Shown: positions 1 to 15,022, counted from the whole stretch's first letter. The stretch is 63,892 nt of DNA, filler included, from Octopus bimaculoides (GCF_001194135.2; 6 parts of 6 records of this genome joined end to end with filler, not necessarily neighbours in it); one strand, 5' to 3'. Translations and numbers: made by a program. Notes: generated by a model not told the origin, from the letters alone.

Positions 1-1493
1 AAACAGGTGTGTAAACAACAAACAGATGTATTAGTTTAACACTCAGAGAGTGAGAAAGTCTTTTATGTTTCAAGCCTATGCTCTTTGACAGAAAGGAACA
101 CAGAAATAAACAGAGAGAGAAAATTAGGTTTAGTGGCTTGCGATCAATCATGGAACAGGTGAGAGGGTGAATGTAATGAATGATCAAGCATTGAGGGCTG
201 GATGCAGTGAATTTTGGATAAGGGGTGGTGGTGACCAGTGATGCTTAGGAATGAAGAGCAGTAGAATTGTAATGTTCCAATCTCCATGTAATGATGTCAG
301 GAATGTAGGAGTTGTTGATGCGAAGGACTTCCAGCTGTGAAAATCAAGCACAAAATACTGACATACACAACATTCATGCAGCGAGAAAGGGGTAAACACT
401 CTAGAAATGTGAGTATTTTGTTGACTACATCCACTTCTGAGGATGAGCCGTTGTGCCTGAAATATGCAGAGGTTATTTAATTTTTACCGTTACACATTGT
501 AAGAAGCTCTCTGTTTTCATTATTTTGCTATTTTACTTTTATTATATACAAGCTTAAAAGCCGCACTCCTTACACACTTTTAGGATAGCTCCTGCAGAGG
601 GCTAATTGGGCCTGTGGCCCAAGACTAAAGGGGGCTAAATAGCAGCATGACTGTAATACATCTATAATGACTATATACCCCGGTGATGTTTGATCAGAGG
701 TTAATGACAGAAGAGAATTAATCCTGTAATGCAATCATTCCATTGTTCCAGTCCCTAGTTGAATTCCAACTGTTGGCCAATTTGTCTCAAAGTTCTTATG
801 TCCCCTTTGATCTATGATGTCATCTGACAAACACCAACCAAGATGGCATGAATCAGTCAGGCTTTACCTGTTAGAAATAGCAACCCAAATGCTTTTAAAT
901 CAGATCTCAATGCTGGATGTTCAAGAACCAAATGAAGGGCATTTGGTTTCAATTCCAGTATCATCCTGATTCCAAAAAAGATATATGTCTATGTAGAGCA
1001 AATATAGACTGAGATACAGGGGTCCCAGAAGGACAGACAGAATTTTACTTTTATTGATATAGATATATTTGTGTGTGTGCATGTATATACACACATACAG
1101 ACATAATACAGGTGTCTTTTGTTTCCCTCCACCAATTTTACTCAAAAGTCTGAATTTTCCCAAGGAAATGATAAAGGTTATTCTTATTCAGTTAGTATGC
1201 TGATTACGTTAAGGTGTACAGGTGTGTACAATGATCAGTTAATAGAGCGTTTCGTCAAACAAGGAAGTACAAAACATGATTAACTTTATAAAAGAAATGT
1301 TGTAAACCCCCTAACACTGGTAGGTTTCTTACACATGAGAAACAGATCAAAGTAGCTANNNNNNNNNNNNNNNNNNNNNNNNNNNNNNNNNNNNNNNNNN
1401 NNNNNNNNNNNNNNNNNNNNNNNNNNNNNNNNNNNNNNNNNNNNNNNNNNNNNNNNNNNNNNNNNNNNNNNNNNNNNNNNNNNNNNNNNNNNN

Positions 1494-1528
<35 letters not shown>

Positions 1529-2609
1529 TGTATATATATTTAGAAATACATACATACATATAAATACATATACACACACACACATATATATAGGTATATA
1601 TAGATATATACAAACATATATGTATACATGTCCATATATATACACACATCTGTTATGCCTGATCTCATCCAGTGGCATGTACATATATATATATATATAC
1701 ACATACACACACACACACACATGCATACATATACATTTATCTCTCCCAGTGCTACTGACACATGCCTATCTCCCTCAATACTACGCAGACACATTGCCAT
1801 TTCTAAATCAGTGCACAGTTGGTGTAGCTAGCTGAGACTGCACTCACTAACCTCTACCAGCAATGATGATGATAGCATTGAACATAATGTTGACAACATA
1901 CATGCAGATGTCTACAGAATGAGATAGAATAAGATAAATTCAAATTAAATTTTAATATTTCTCGCTGCATGAATGTTGTGTATGTCACTATTTTGTGCTT
2001 GATTTCCACAGTCCTTCCCCTCAACAACCTCTACATTCCTGACATCATTACATGGAGATTGGAACATTACAATTCTGCTGCTCTTCATTCCTAAGCATCA
2101 CTGGTCACCACCACCTCTTATCCAAAATTCACTACATCCGACCCTCAATGCTTGTTCATTCATTATATTCACCCTCTCACCTGTACACTCATACACTCTT
2201 GTAACCTTTACCTACCCACACTCCCAATTCTGCCCCACCTAGACATCACCTCTCTTTTTATCTCAACCCTGTTCCACACCAATCAATCCTATCCTCTTTT
2301 CTAAAATGTGAGTAACCATGTAGCTCTACTACAGCAAGGAACCCGTTCTGCTCTAGCTCCTTTCCTCATATGTTAACCTTCAGCTGCCTCTCTCAAGGTT
2401 TTTCATCTTACGAGCTGCATGGCAACCACATTGGTGCTGGTGACACAAATAGAGTATCCAGTACATACTGTAAAGTGGTTGGCATTAGGAAGGCATCCAT
2501 CCATGGAAACCTTTCCAAAGTAGACAGGAGTACAGTACAGTCCTTGGACTCACCAGATTCTGTCAAACCCTCCAATCCATTCCAACAAAAAACAAGGACA
2601 TTAAAAGTT

Positions 2610-2649
<40 letters not shown>

Positions 2650-5600
2650 CTAACAGAAAACTTCCACACAGTTTTCAGCTACTGAATTCACTCAAGAAAT
2701 TGTGAGAACACAAGTAGATGATACTGGCCTAAAGTGCAACACAGTGGGACTGAACCTGAAGCCTTATGGTTGTGAAGTAAACTTCTAAACCACACGACCA
2801 TGCCAATTTCTATATATCCACATGTGTCTCCTTACATGTGAGGGCCCTGGTTTTTAGAATAGGTACACTATGTTCCTACAGTCTATTCATTCTAATACCT
2901 TGCTTATTGTAAGAGGTGAGAATGACAAGAAGAAGACCCTCTAGCAGTAAAACACTGCCACAGGAACTCTGCCCAACCCATACTTGCATGGAAAAGTAAA
3001 TGTAAAACAATGATGATGATGTATACTTTCAGATGCTTATTAAATTACATCATTAAATATATATATAGAGAGAGAGAGAGGAGGGAGAAAGTGAGAATAA
3101 AAAGCAGGAAAGCATAAATTTCACAAATAGTCCATAATTCAATTACACTCATCATTTCTGTCTCACTCTCTTATATATATGAGTGTGTATGTGGATGTGA
3201 ATATATGTGTGTGTGTATATATATATATATATATGTTACATGCATAAATATGTGTGTGTATGTATGTACATATATGTTTGTATATTCTTTGTTCAGCAAT
3301 ATGCAACAGAGGAGATAGATTGAGAAATTACGTCAGAGCTGTGCAGATCCAACCAGACTTGATTCTACTGTGCCATCACCATCATCATCCACTCCTCCAC
3401 CATCACGACCACTGCTGCCAAACCTTGTATGGAATTGCCGATTTCACAATGATTAACTTGGAATTAATATTTGCTGTTCTCAATAGAATCTTCAGATCTT
3501 AGGTATTGGATAGCAATAACAACAACAAAGGCAGAAGACAAGTGATACAATAACAATAGAAGAACAAGAAATGAAAGAAGGAAATAAGAAGTAAAGGAAA
3601 GAAAGAACAAAAGGTGATAAGAGAAAAAGAAAGGATGCCAGAGAAAGAAGAATTTACTTAATTCCTTAGTAACGGTGGATTTTTATGCAATCTCTTTGTG
3701 TAATCAATCATTGATGGAATCCTAAAACAGGACTAAAACCAGTCCAGTTGATCCCTCTTTTCATGCCCACAAAGATATTGTACATAAAGATAAGGTGTTT
3801 CCATCTGTTTTTCCATCTATATCCCCCTACACACACACAGTGTTAGCTAAAATCTACAGCAGTAGTATACCATATTATACTATTTATATTATATATACAT
3901 ATGGTGAACTCAGTAGCACAAATGGCAGAAAAAAAACCATCCAGTAGACACTGTAAAGTGGTTCACATTGGGAAAGGTATCCAGCAGCAGGAACCATGCC
4001 AAAACTGACATTGGAGCTTGACACAGCCCTACATCTCACCAGATCATGTCAAACTGTCCAACCCATAGAAAACAGACATTATGTAATTAGGGTGTGTGTG
4101 TGTGTATACATACATACACACACACACACACATACATATATATATCTATATACATAAGGATTGTTTATAAAAAACAAATCCGAAAGAAGAAGCACACTCT
4201 AAGATGTAGAGCAGTATATATTAAAAATGGGGAAGGCTGGTTTATGAGATCTTATGGGATCCCATAAACTGGCCTTCCCCATTTTATATATATATATATA
4301 TATTGTGTTTACATTATATTTGCGTATATTATATATAAATTTTTATGCCATGACTACAGTGTATGACAATATGTTTTTGCAGTATTTGTTCTGGCTCTTT
4401 ACATCGTGAGATCAAATCTCAGCTGGTAATGTCAAACTTTGCTTTTCAATCCTTTTAAGGTTAATAAAATAAAGAACTCATCTAGAGTTGTAGATTACAG
4501 GGATTAGGAGAACATTGAGCAAAATAACTTATGGTATCAGCGACATCTGCTCTTTACATTCAGAGTTTACTTGCAACAACACTGGTGCTGAGCTTTACTA
4601 GCTTTGGACAACATTGGTGCCATGAACAGGCTACACTAGCAACATGATTGTCATCGAGGGGTGAAACATGCACACCATAGAGAGGCTGCACAAGCTACAT
4701 GGTTACCATGGAGAGATAACACCTACCATGCAGGTGCCATGGAGAAGTGACAGATGCTACACGGACAAACGTTGATCCTAAATATTTTTTAAAAAGATTT
4801 ACCCAGGTCTGCATGCAAGAGAGAAAAATCTTCAGGTATAGATACAGGACCAACAATGACTGACAAAGGCCTTAAACATATATAACAATGGGGGAACCTC
4901 TGTATAGTTGATTAATGTGCTAGAAATAATAGTTAAATTTCCTTCAAATTACATTCACTGTATTGTCTTAAAGGAAGAAAGACATTAAATAATAGATTGA
5001 GACAAGTAAAGAAAATTGACTTCAGTACACCCAGCTAACATGACATCCACCCTCTGCATGAGGTGTTTATACTGCAGAACACCAGTTACGTTGGAAATTA
5101 CTTCTACTACTACCCTGATATCCACCCTGTACATGAGATAACTTCCCTACCACCAGAATTCCCTTATCCTGTATATGAGATTATTTCTCTCTTTCACCTA
5201 TAGGACACCATGTTACTCCAACATCTACACTGTACATGGATACTAGCTAGATGTTCTGAAGGGTAACTAAGTGTTCTGCTGCAGGGTATCTAGGTGTATA
5301 GGTAGGGTAGCAAGGTGTTACCTTGCTATGAGAGGATATACCCCACCACTGAGTTTCCAGAACACTCATCTACCCTGGATATTCCCACTACCACCTCCTC
5401 CTTCAGAACGTCTAGTTACCTTAATATTTACAAGTTGATAAGAGAGCCTCTATGCAGTCACTCTGTTAGAGCCAGAAATTAAATGTTGCTCAAATCACTA
5501 CCTGCATCATCGTCATCTTACCATTTAACATTAGTTTGCCATGCTGGCATGGGTTGGATTGTTGGACAGGAGCTAGAGAACTGTGCCAAACTCCAAAATC

Positions 5601-6009
5601 TATTTGGCTTGCTTTTCTATGGTTGGATGCCTTCCCTAATGCCAACCACTTTACAGAGTGTACTGGATGCTGTTGGCACAGTATTGACACCAGTAAGATA
5701 ACCAAATAACTTGTAAGACAAGTGGAGTAGTATTAAATGAGGTGGCTGTATGCCAAGTGATGAGAGGTTAAAGTATGTCAGAAACAGGAGTCTTGGTGGG
5801 GAGATACATAGTTACCTCAGTTGGAAAAGAGAGAAGTTGTGTCAGAACCTACACTTGAGTTAAAATAAATGAAAAGGAAGGATGCATTGACTGATGTAGT
5901 CTGACATATTCAAAGGCAAAATTAAATATGTAATGGGATCTTGTCAATTATATATGGCTGGGATCTTGTCAATTATATATCTTCTGGATCAGGGCTGACC
6001 AATGTGTGT

Positions 6010-6460
6010 CTAAATAACAACAGCTCTAAAAATGGACACTGAACTCCATTCTTCATACAAGATAAATGATTTCCCTCCTACTCTTCCGCATATACACAGA
6101 AAAATTGATGGAATGCTAGATGTGTCCCACCAAATATGCTTGAGAAAAATTCTAAAAAGGATACAAACAAGAAAAGATAACCAATGGAGATATTCTAAGA
6201 GATCCAACACAAGCAATACCATTTAGCAAAATCATCACAGAACAAAGAATAAAACTAAATGGTCACATGCCATTCTAAAATAACTTTCAAATGGACACCA
6301 CTGGAGGGAAAAGGAAACAGTGGAAGACCGAAAGTTACAGGGTGCAGAACATTTGTGATCAATACGTGAGTGGCCAATGGCTGGATCCAGAGAAAACTGC
6401 TGCCCACAGAAACCCAGTGTGCTCGAGAACACAAGAGGAACTAAACTGAATTTAAACACA
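6010..6460 (+). mobile_element. RTE LINE 3' coding remnant
   Basis: CLRKILKRI, and later KITFKWTP...GKGNSGRPKVT-like text, typical of the RTE ORF2 C-terminus. Confidence 0.6.
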
Positions 6461-6972
6461 CACAGACTCCCAGTTTAGGTCACCCATTTACCCAAATATC
6501 CACCCAGTTTAATCAATATTGTTGCTGATTTATATCATGAGGGGTGTTAAGTTATAGATTAATTTATGTGACACATCATTTCTGTTGGTTTAACCATTTC
6601 AAAATATCTGTGTGTGTGAAGGGGTGGGTGGGGATATACACTTGTGGGCGGATGTGTATTAGTCAAGGTGACAGTGGGTAGGTATGTGAGTGGTGATCCA
6701 GGTAATGTATGTATATGTGTGTTTATATATATAAACACAAAATTATGATATACATAGAGACAGAGGTGTTATATGCAAACAGATTATATTTATGCATTGA
6801 TAGATACATAGATAGACAAGAGATAAAAGAGGGCTGACATAAACATGAACACACAGATAAGTTTTCTGTTATAACACATCGAAATGTTTGTTTATATATT
6901 TCATGTAAAATATTTCAGATTTTACTTATGTAAATACACACACACTCAGTTTCATATATATATATATACATA

Positions 6973-7137
6973 GGTGCAGAAGTGGCTGCGTGGTAAGTAG
7001 CTTGCTTACCAACCACATGGTTCTGGGTTCCGTCCCACTGCATGGCACCTTGCGCAAGTGTCTTCTACTATAGCCTCGGGCCGACCAAAGCCTTGTGAGT
7101 GGATTTGGTAGACGGAAACTGAAAGAAGCCCGTTGTA

Positions 7138-7188
<51 letters not shown>

Positions 7189-7409
7189 ATATGTTTGTGT
7201 GTCTGTGTTTGTCCCCCCAGTATCGCTTGACAACTGATGGTGGTGTGTTTACGTCCCCCGTAACTTAGTGGTTCGGCAAAAAGAGACCGATAGAATAAGT
7301 ATTAGGCTTACAAAGAATAAGTCCTGGGTCAATTTGCTCAACTGAAAAAAGGTGGCGCTCCAGCATGGCCGCAGTTAAATGATTGAAACAAGAAAAAGAA
7401 TAAAAGAAT
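6973..7409 (+). mobile_element. tRNA-derived SINE with an internal (TA)n/(TG)n tract (very abundant family)
   Basis: GTGGCTGCGTGGTAAGTAGCTTGC...GGGTTCCGTCCC head and CCAGCATGGCCGCAG...GAAACAAG...AAAAGAAT tail. Further copies at about 15023-15441 (+), 46799-47147 (+), 9920-10290 (-), 28000-28100, 41400-41770 and 48740-48990. Confidence 0.85.
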
Positions 7410-7924
7410 ATATACACACAAACATTTATGTGGTATACATGTGTGCGTGTGTGTATACATATTATGACAAGTTATAAAATTAAGCAAAAGGCTTACAATT
7501 TATATTGACATTTCAAAGTCACATGACCTAATCTTTTAATCTCAAACAGAAATAAAACATGGTAGGGTGGTATCGGCAGAGAATGTAAGACTGAAGAGGA
7601 GAGATGGCTGAATGGTTAGGTGGAGGTGTGTGCAATTTTGTGGTTAGCTGGATGGGTAATTAGGGTGGCTAGATAGGTTACCTTTGTATTGCTTCTCATT
7701 ATCAAAACAGCTATTATTGGTTGAATTTCCAATACATCATTCCATCTGTTACCGTATATACACACAGACACACACACATGCAGAGATACATATATGTGTG
7801 TGTGTGTATATACATATATATGAATGTGTGTGTATGCACACATACAGAGATACATATAGAGATATACACACATAAATATAAATGCAAACATATACATATG
7901 CATACACATAAGCATCTACATATA

Positions 7925-9152
7925 CAGGGGTTGGACAAAATAATGGAAGTACCTTAAAATTTCAAACAAATTTATTTTAATATAAGGTAGGACCACCTTT
8001 GGTAGTAATTACAACTTGAATTCTATGATGTATGGACTCGTACAAAGTTTGAATTGTTTCCAAAGGAATTTTTGTCCATTCTTCAGCTAAAACAGTCTCC
8101 AGTTCTTGTAGTGATGATGGTGGAGGATATCGACTCCTTACCTGTTTTTCTAAAATGCACCATAAATGTTCAATAATATTGAGATCTGGGGACTGTGGTG
8201 GCCAGATAAGATGTTCAACTTCACTAGAATGTTCCTCGTGCCATTCAGTAACAACTTTAGCTGTGTGAATTGGTGCATTATCATCCCAAAAGATTGCATT
8301 TCCCTTTGATCAGATAAAATGCTTAAATAGTTTTGACTATTAATTCTGCCATGAAGGGAAACCATTGGGCCAGCAGATTTCCAAGATATAGCCCCCACTC
8401 CACCCCAGATCATTACAGATCCTCCTCCATGTTTAACTGTTGGAAGAAGGCAGTCTGGGTCAAACGCCTCTTTTGGCTGTCTCCACACGTAAACTCGGTC
8501 AGTTGTTGGAAATAAGGTAAAGGATGACTCGTCCGAGAAAATAACATTCTTCATTGCTCTAGGGACCAATTCTGTAGATATTTACTCCACTCTGCAATGT
8601 TTCTTTTTGAAGTGGTTTTCTGATTGCAGCCCTCCCATGAAATCCAGCTTTGTGCAGCTCCCAGTGAACAGATTTTGTGGAAACTAGGTTCTTGAGGTGG
8701 TCATTAAGCTCTGCAATAATTTTGGGAGCTGTACTTTTGTGATCCTTTCTAACAATTCGCCTGAGAGTCCTACAGTCCCTATCTGAAAGTTTTGGATTTC
8801 TTCCGGAGGTTTGTTTCGACGAAGAGGTTTTTCCCTCTTTCTCAAAGGCTGTCATTACTTTCGAGACAGTACTTCTTGAGACACCAAACATTTCGGCTGT
8901 TTTCATTACGCTAGCACCTGCCTTATAAGCACCAACAATTTGACCTCTTTGAAAGTTCAATAGATCTGTCATTTTAATGAATTTTAGTTACCTTTTTCTG
9001 ATGATATCTGAAAAGAAACAGCAATTTTAGCAAAACGTATTAAGCAACACTAATCTAAAAACAAGAATAAACAAGCTTTTGACGATTTTATAGCTATTTC
9101 AAAATTATGACACTATGATGCTAGGTGTTTCCATTATTTTGTCCAACCCCTG
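7925..9152 (-). mobile_element. Tc1-family DNA transposon, full length (1228 bp), with frameshifted transposase
   Basis: TIR CAGGGGTTGGACAAAATAATGGAA is perfect over 24 bp (28/30 extended) and TA flanks both sides. Transposase pieces: HTH region (8559-8972), VIFSDESSF, TVKHGGGSVMIW, and WPPQSPDLNIIEHLW in a shifted frame. Confidence 0.95.
8150..8972 (-). pseudogene. Tc1 transposase pseudogene (at least two frameshifts)
   Basis: The DDE transposase is split over three frames, with breaks near 8600 and 8270. Confidence 0.9.
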
Positions 9153-10933
9153 TAGTTGGCTAGATAGTGATCTGTGTGTGTGTGTATTTATATGCACACA
9201 CATATATATTCATAAATATAATTAACATTACAATGTGCTGTGTATGCACAACAAACAGCCAAACAGATTAAAGTGCAATATAATGTATCCATGCATGGAT
9301 GCTCAGCAGTGTATATGACTGTATACATTGTGATATCAGCTATAATGCATGAACAGGGCAAAATATATCTGAGTAAATACCAGGCCAACCACATCAGTGA
9401 TATTTCAACATGTTTGATAGGATCTGATGAGTAGGAGGACTGTGTCGTATTTCAATGTCTGGTTTGGCATAATTACTCAGGCATCCAGCAGTAGAAACCA
9501 TGCTGAAACAGATATTGGAGTATGAAGCAGTTCTCCAACCTGTCAGATCCTGTTGAACTGTCCAACCCTACCAGTACAAAACATGGATGTTAAATGAAGA
9601 TGATGATTCCTATTTTCTGTAATGGACCTTATTCCCCAAAGAACTGATGTGTGCACATGCTGCATAAAAGTGTAGCAGTATATTATACATCATTAGCACA
9701 CCAGGCGAAATGCTTAGCAGTATTTCGTCTGTCTTTACGCCTTGAGTTCAAATTCCGCCAAGGTCGACTTTGCCTTTCATCCTTTCAGGTTGGTAAATTA
9801 AGTACCAGTTGTGTACTGGGGTTGATCTAATCAACTGGCCCCCTCTCAAAAAATTCCGGGCCTTGTGCTTAGAGTAGAAAAGAGTATATAATGCAACATA
9901 GAAACAAATATGAACATCATCTTTTTACTTGTTTCAATCATTAGACTGTGGCCATGCTGGGGCATCACTCTGAAGAATTTTTAGTCGGCTGAATTGACCC
10001 CAGTACTTTTTTATTTTTAAGTCTGGTACTTACTCTATCAGTTTCTTTTGTTGGGCTGTTAACTTAAGGGATGTGAATACACCAACACCAGTTGTCAAGC
10101 AGTGGTGATAGACACACACATACATATACAAGCTTCTTTCAGTTTCCATCTACCAAATCCACTCACAAGGCTTTGGTTGACCTGAGGCTATAGTAGAAGA
10201 CACTTGTCCAAGGTGCCACACAGTGGGACTAAATCCAGAACTAAACCATGTGGTTGGGAAGCAAACTTCTTACCACCCAGCCACTCTTGAACATATTGAA
10301 ACATCACTGATGTATTTCTGTTATTTTTCTAATTGTCATCATTATTTGTTTTAATGTCCATGCTTGCATGGATTGGTTGGAATCCGTTGAAGCAGATTTT
10401 CTTTGGCTGAATGCTCTTCCTGTTGCCAACCCTTACCTGTTTTCTAGCAAGGTAATATTTCCTCATGGCCAAGCATGTTTTCACAGGAGATTAGAAACAA
10501 AGACACCACTTACATGACACTGATGCTTATTTACAAGTATCATGCAATGTCAAAGTGAGGAGACAGTAACACACACACACACACACATATGTGTGTGACA
10601 GACTTCTTTCAGCTTCCATCTACAAAATCCACTCACAAGGTTTTGATAAACTTCAGGATATAGAATAAAACACTTTCCTAAGGTGCCATGCAGTGGGATT
10701 GAACCCAAAGCCTTGTAGTTGGGAAGTAGACTTCTTATCACACAGCCATGCCTGAACCTATTTTCCTAATTATATATTTAATGATTCTGTTTCGTGATAG
10801 TGATTCTAATAACCAGTTGTTTGAACTCTATATACATACATTTCACACTAAACCAGAAACAGCTGTAAACTAATGTGTGTAACATATACATACATAGATG
10901 TTTGTGTAAATAGAAAACAGCTCGCCTTTCAAA

Positions 10934-11297
<364 letters not shown>

Positions 11298-12841
11298 TTA
11301 TTGTTATTGTTATTATTATTATTATTAATGATGGTTTTTTTTTCATATCGTTTAGTTCTTATGTATAGTTTGAAACAATAGCATTTCTATATCCATTAGT
11401 CTATTAACATTTGAAGACCATCTCAGTCACATCATCAGAACAAAGTGCTCATAATAATGGACACATTCATGTGCTTTGTAGTAGGTTGCAAAGGATCATG
11501 GGTATACTGTTATTATTCCTGATAAAATCATCAATGTCAAATTTGAATATCATACAAAAGTTAACTCTTGGTATATTTCAATATTTATTTTGTGTGGAGA
11601 TTTTTGGCTTGCTTTTGTTGTTGTTTTTTGGAGGGTGTTTTGCTATTAGTAAATCTTCTATAGTTATTCTTCTTGTTTTTTTTGTGAAATTCTTTCTAAA
11701 ACTGTAGTGCTTTCAACTAATGTTTTCTCTTCAATTTTATGTACACCTGTATATAATTTTAGAGAAGGGAAATAGGGACTGAAGAAATCCAGGAAAATAC
11801 TACACTAAGTACTCATGATGAAACTGGCTAACAGAATGACCTTTGAAGAGTACAGCAATCCATACGGGTTAGATATATCTTGTGACAGGTACAAACTGTA
11901 AGTCCAAAATTATTCACCATTTTGTTTTTAGGAACAGTGGCTTAAAACAGATAAAGTCATAAATAAAAGCATATAAACATTGGATTAAAAAAAACCCTTT
12001 GCTTAGGAAAAATCGAAGGCTGCCCATGGGACATGAACCTACATTATTAAACAGGCATTCTACCTTCATCTTTTTCTATCCAAAGATTTTTTTAACCCAA
12101 TATTTACATGCTATCATTTATGGCTTTTGAGATCCACCATTCCAAAAATGAATTACTCACGTTCCCTTGGAATTCATAAATTCTTCTTACGTCAACAATA
12201 TTATTTTATATAAAGAAAAAGTTGTAACATTAAACACATGTAAAAACGCATATATCCAATATGTATTTTAATTTTAGTTATCAGAAGAAAAAGAACTGAC
12301 CTAGGATTAAACAACAAGAGAGCAGTGCTAAATACACCCACTTTATATATAAAAGATGGGATGGCCATGGCTAGAGTGCTCTTGATCATAGGTTTTACTG
12401 GATCAAGAATGACTTGGGGTTAAACAACAACGATCAAACTAATGTTAAACTTCATTATTTTCTAACAAATCATTTTAAACTTGGATGAAACTAATTAACT
12501 AATTAGTCAGTGATTGGACTACGACATCAAGAACCAATGGTGTGTGTGAAGGGGGAGGCATGGAGCAGTACCCTGTCAATGCAATAGTGCAGTGTCAGCA
12601 GTCTATGTGACCATGTAAGTTTTTCTTCTACATTTGAAGTTAACTCTTTAATTTTTTTGAAGTTTCTTTTAATCTTAATACCACAAGCACAGCATAAAAA
12701 GAAATCAAAATTACATTATGCCCACAAGTTATCAAGCCACCCTAATAATACAATTAAGAATCTAGTAAAAGAATCCTCCAACAGACTAAAATTTATCTTT
12801 CAGTCAATAGGTGTTTAATGACAGTTACCTTTATAACCAGT

Positions 12842-12885
<44 letters not shown>

Positions 12886-13829
12886 TAGATAGATACAGAT
12901 CACCATCATCATCATTTAACGTTTGTTGTCCATGCTGGTATGTGTTGGATGGTTTGACCAGAGCTGGCAAGCTGCACCAGACTCCCATCTGATTTGGCAT
13001 GGTTTCTACAGCTGGATGCCCTTCTTAATGCCAACCACTTTACAGAATGTACTGGGTGCTTTTACATGGCACCGTATGAGCATTTTTACGGGGCACCAAC
13101 ACAAGTGCTTTTTATGTGGCACCAGCACAACACTCTTGTAGGCCAATCCTCTTCCGCAGAGGAATGGCCTTAATGCTTCTGCTGTGAAGGACGGGTCTTC
13201 TTGAATACAACAGGCTTCTTTCAGTTTCCATCTACAAAATTCACTCACAAAGCTTTGATCAACCCAAGATTACAGTAGAGACACTTGCTAAAGGTGCTAT
13301 GTAGTAGGACTGAACTTGAACCCATGTGGTTAGGAATCAAACTTCTTAACTACATATCCATGCCTATCTTTTTCTCGAGCTCTAGGACTCATAGGGCCAG
13401 TTTCCATGGAGTATAAGTAAATGAGATCACAACATTCCCCCTGAACAGGATGCTCATCCATTGCAGAGTTGAAGATCAGTCGTTTTGTCAGGAGGGAGCA
13501 AGTCAACTGCATCGACCTCCAGCATTTGCCAGGTACCTTATTAAATCAACTTTGAAGAGATGTAAGGCAAATTTAACTTCAGCTGGATTGGAACTCAGAA
13601 TATAAAGAACTGGCAGAAATACTGCTATAGTCTAAAATATGATGATAACAAGGTTGTGTGATTTATTTCATATGATTAGATTCTCTAAGATGATGAATTA
13701 AAAAAAGATGTCCCATCCTTCCGACTGAACTAGAATTTATATTATGGAACTACAGCAGTTTTCTTGTCTGGAATGAGATTGAGAAGGTGTGTTAATTAAA
13801 TGGCTTTTGTTTTTCCTACATTGTAATTT

Positions 13830-14095
13830 CAGTTTTTTACCTCGTTAAATCTGAACATTTTCAACAAGTCAGAGAGGGAAATTAGTTTCTACCTGTATTA
13901 TTACCTCATTAAATCTGAACAGTTTCAACAAATTACAGAAAGAGAAATTAGTTTTTTGCCTAAGTTGTTAGCTTGTTAAATCTGAACATTTTGTACAAAT
14001 TACAGAAAGAGAAAATTGTTTTTCCACCTGTGCTATTATTTTGTTAAATGTGAACATTTTCAACAAGTCATGAGGAGAGAGAGAAATTAGCTTAA
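13830..14095. repeat. Degenerate minisatellite, about 66-bp unit, 4 copies
   Basis: Anchor TTAAAT(C/G)TGAACA at 13845, 13909, 13976 and 14044. Confidence 0.85.
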
Positions 14096-15022
14096 CCTGA
14101 GTTATTTAAGACATATAAATCAGTTTTACCTGTTATTTAATAAGTTGAGACAATTTCAAAGTGGAGAAACATAGATTACTGCAGTTAATTATTTGTGTAT
14201 GAGAGTTTTATTTTTTTTATTTGCATGGTGCCAAAACTTGGACTATTAAGAAGGAGCTTTAAAATCACCTGGATGGAATATAGATCAAGCTTCTTATGAG
14301 GGCTCAGATTGCCACATGGCTTCAGCCCAAAACCAAAAAGGAGGCTTTTGTTATTGGCAGAGACCCACAGTATTAAATAAATTGGGGACCTACCGAAAAT
14401 AATGGGACACAGAGATTCCTGGTGCAGCATTATGAGATATATCTTGGTTGTGGCTGCTCGAGGAAGGAGGAGGTGGGGGTATAATTGAATTGCTATATGG
14501 AGTGGGGTGTCTGAAGTTTTGGAATCTTATTCATCAATTTGAATAAGAATGTGTGTGTGATGAACAAGAGAAGAAAAAACACAAGGGGCAAGTTTTCATC
14601 AACAGAAGAAGGAAAAGTATCTTTCAGTCATTAGAATCCTTTATCAGAAAAAAGAAAGGAAGAGTGAGAGAAAAGAGGGAAGAAAGAAAAAAAAGAGGTT
14701 GGGTGGGGGGCCAAGTGGAAATGCTTTTTTATGGGGAGGATTACAAAGAGAGGAAGAGGCAGGGTGTTGTGTGCCTATATAAGAGAGTATGTATATGCAT
14801 ATATATGGGAGAATATACAAATAATAACAACAGACGAGGACAGGTGGTGTAAATAACAAAAGTATATATTAGTATGACGCTCGGGAATACGGAAAGTCTT
14901 TGACGTTTCGAGCTACGCTCTTCAACAGACAGAATACGGAGGCAAGGAGAAAAACACGGAGAAAAAAAAAATTGAATAGTGTTCAGTCAACGGTCAATCA
15001 TGTATATATGCATATATATACA

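Noticed and set aside
437-475. CTGAGGA-T-GAGC...GAAA hammerhead-like remnant
   Set aside because: The 3' strand of stem II and stem III are too degraded to support a fold; at most a decayed PLE end.
3254-3502. 82-aa ORF with a His run and a TPR-like fragment (NYVRAVQIQPD)
   Set aside because: The His run comes from (CAT/CAC)n, the ORF starts in a microsatellite, and the resemblance is too short to count.
13830-14095. CRISPR-like array (regularly spaced repeats; also the 25-bp array at 51020)
   Set aside because: The spacers resemble each other, the context is eukaryotic and there are no cas genes; these are minisatellites.
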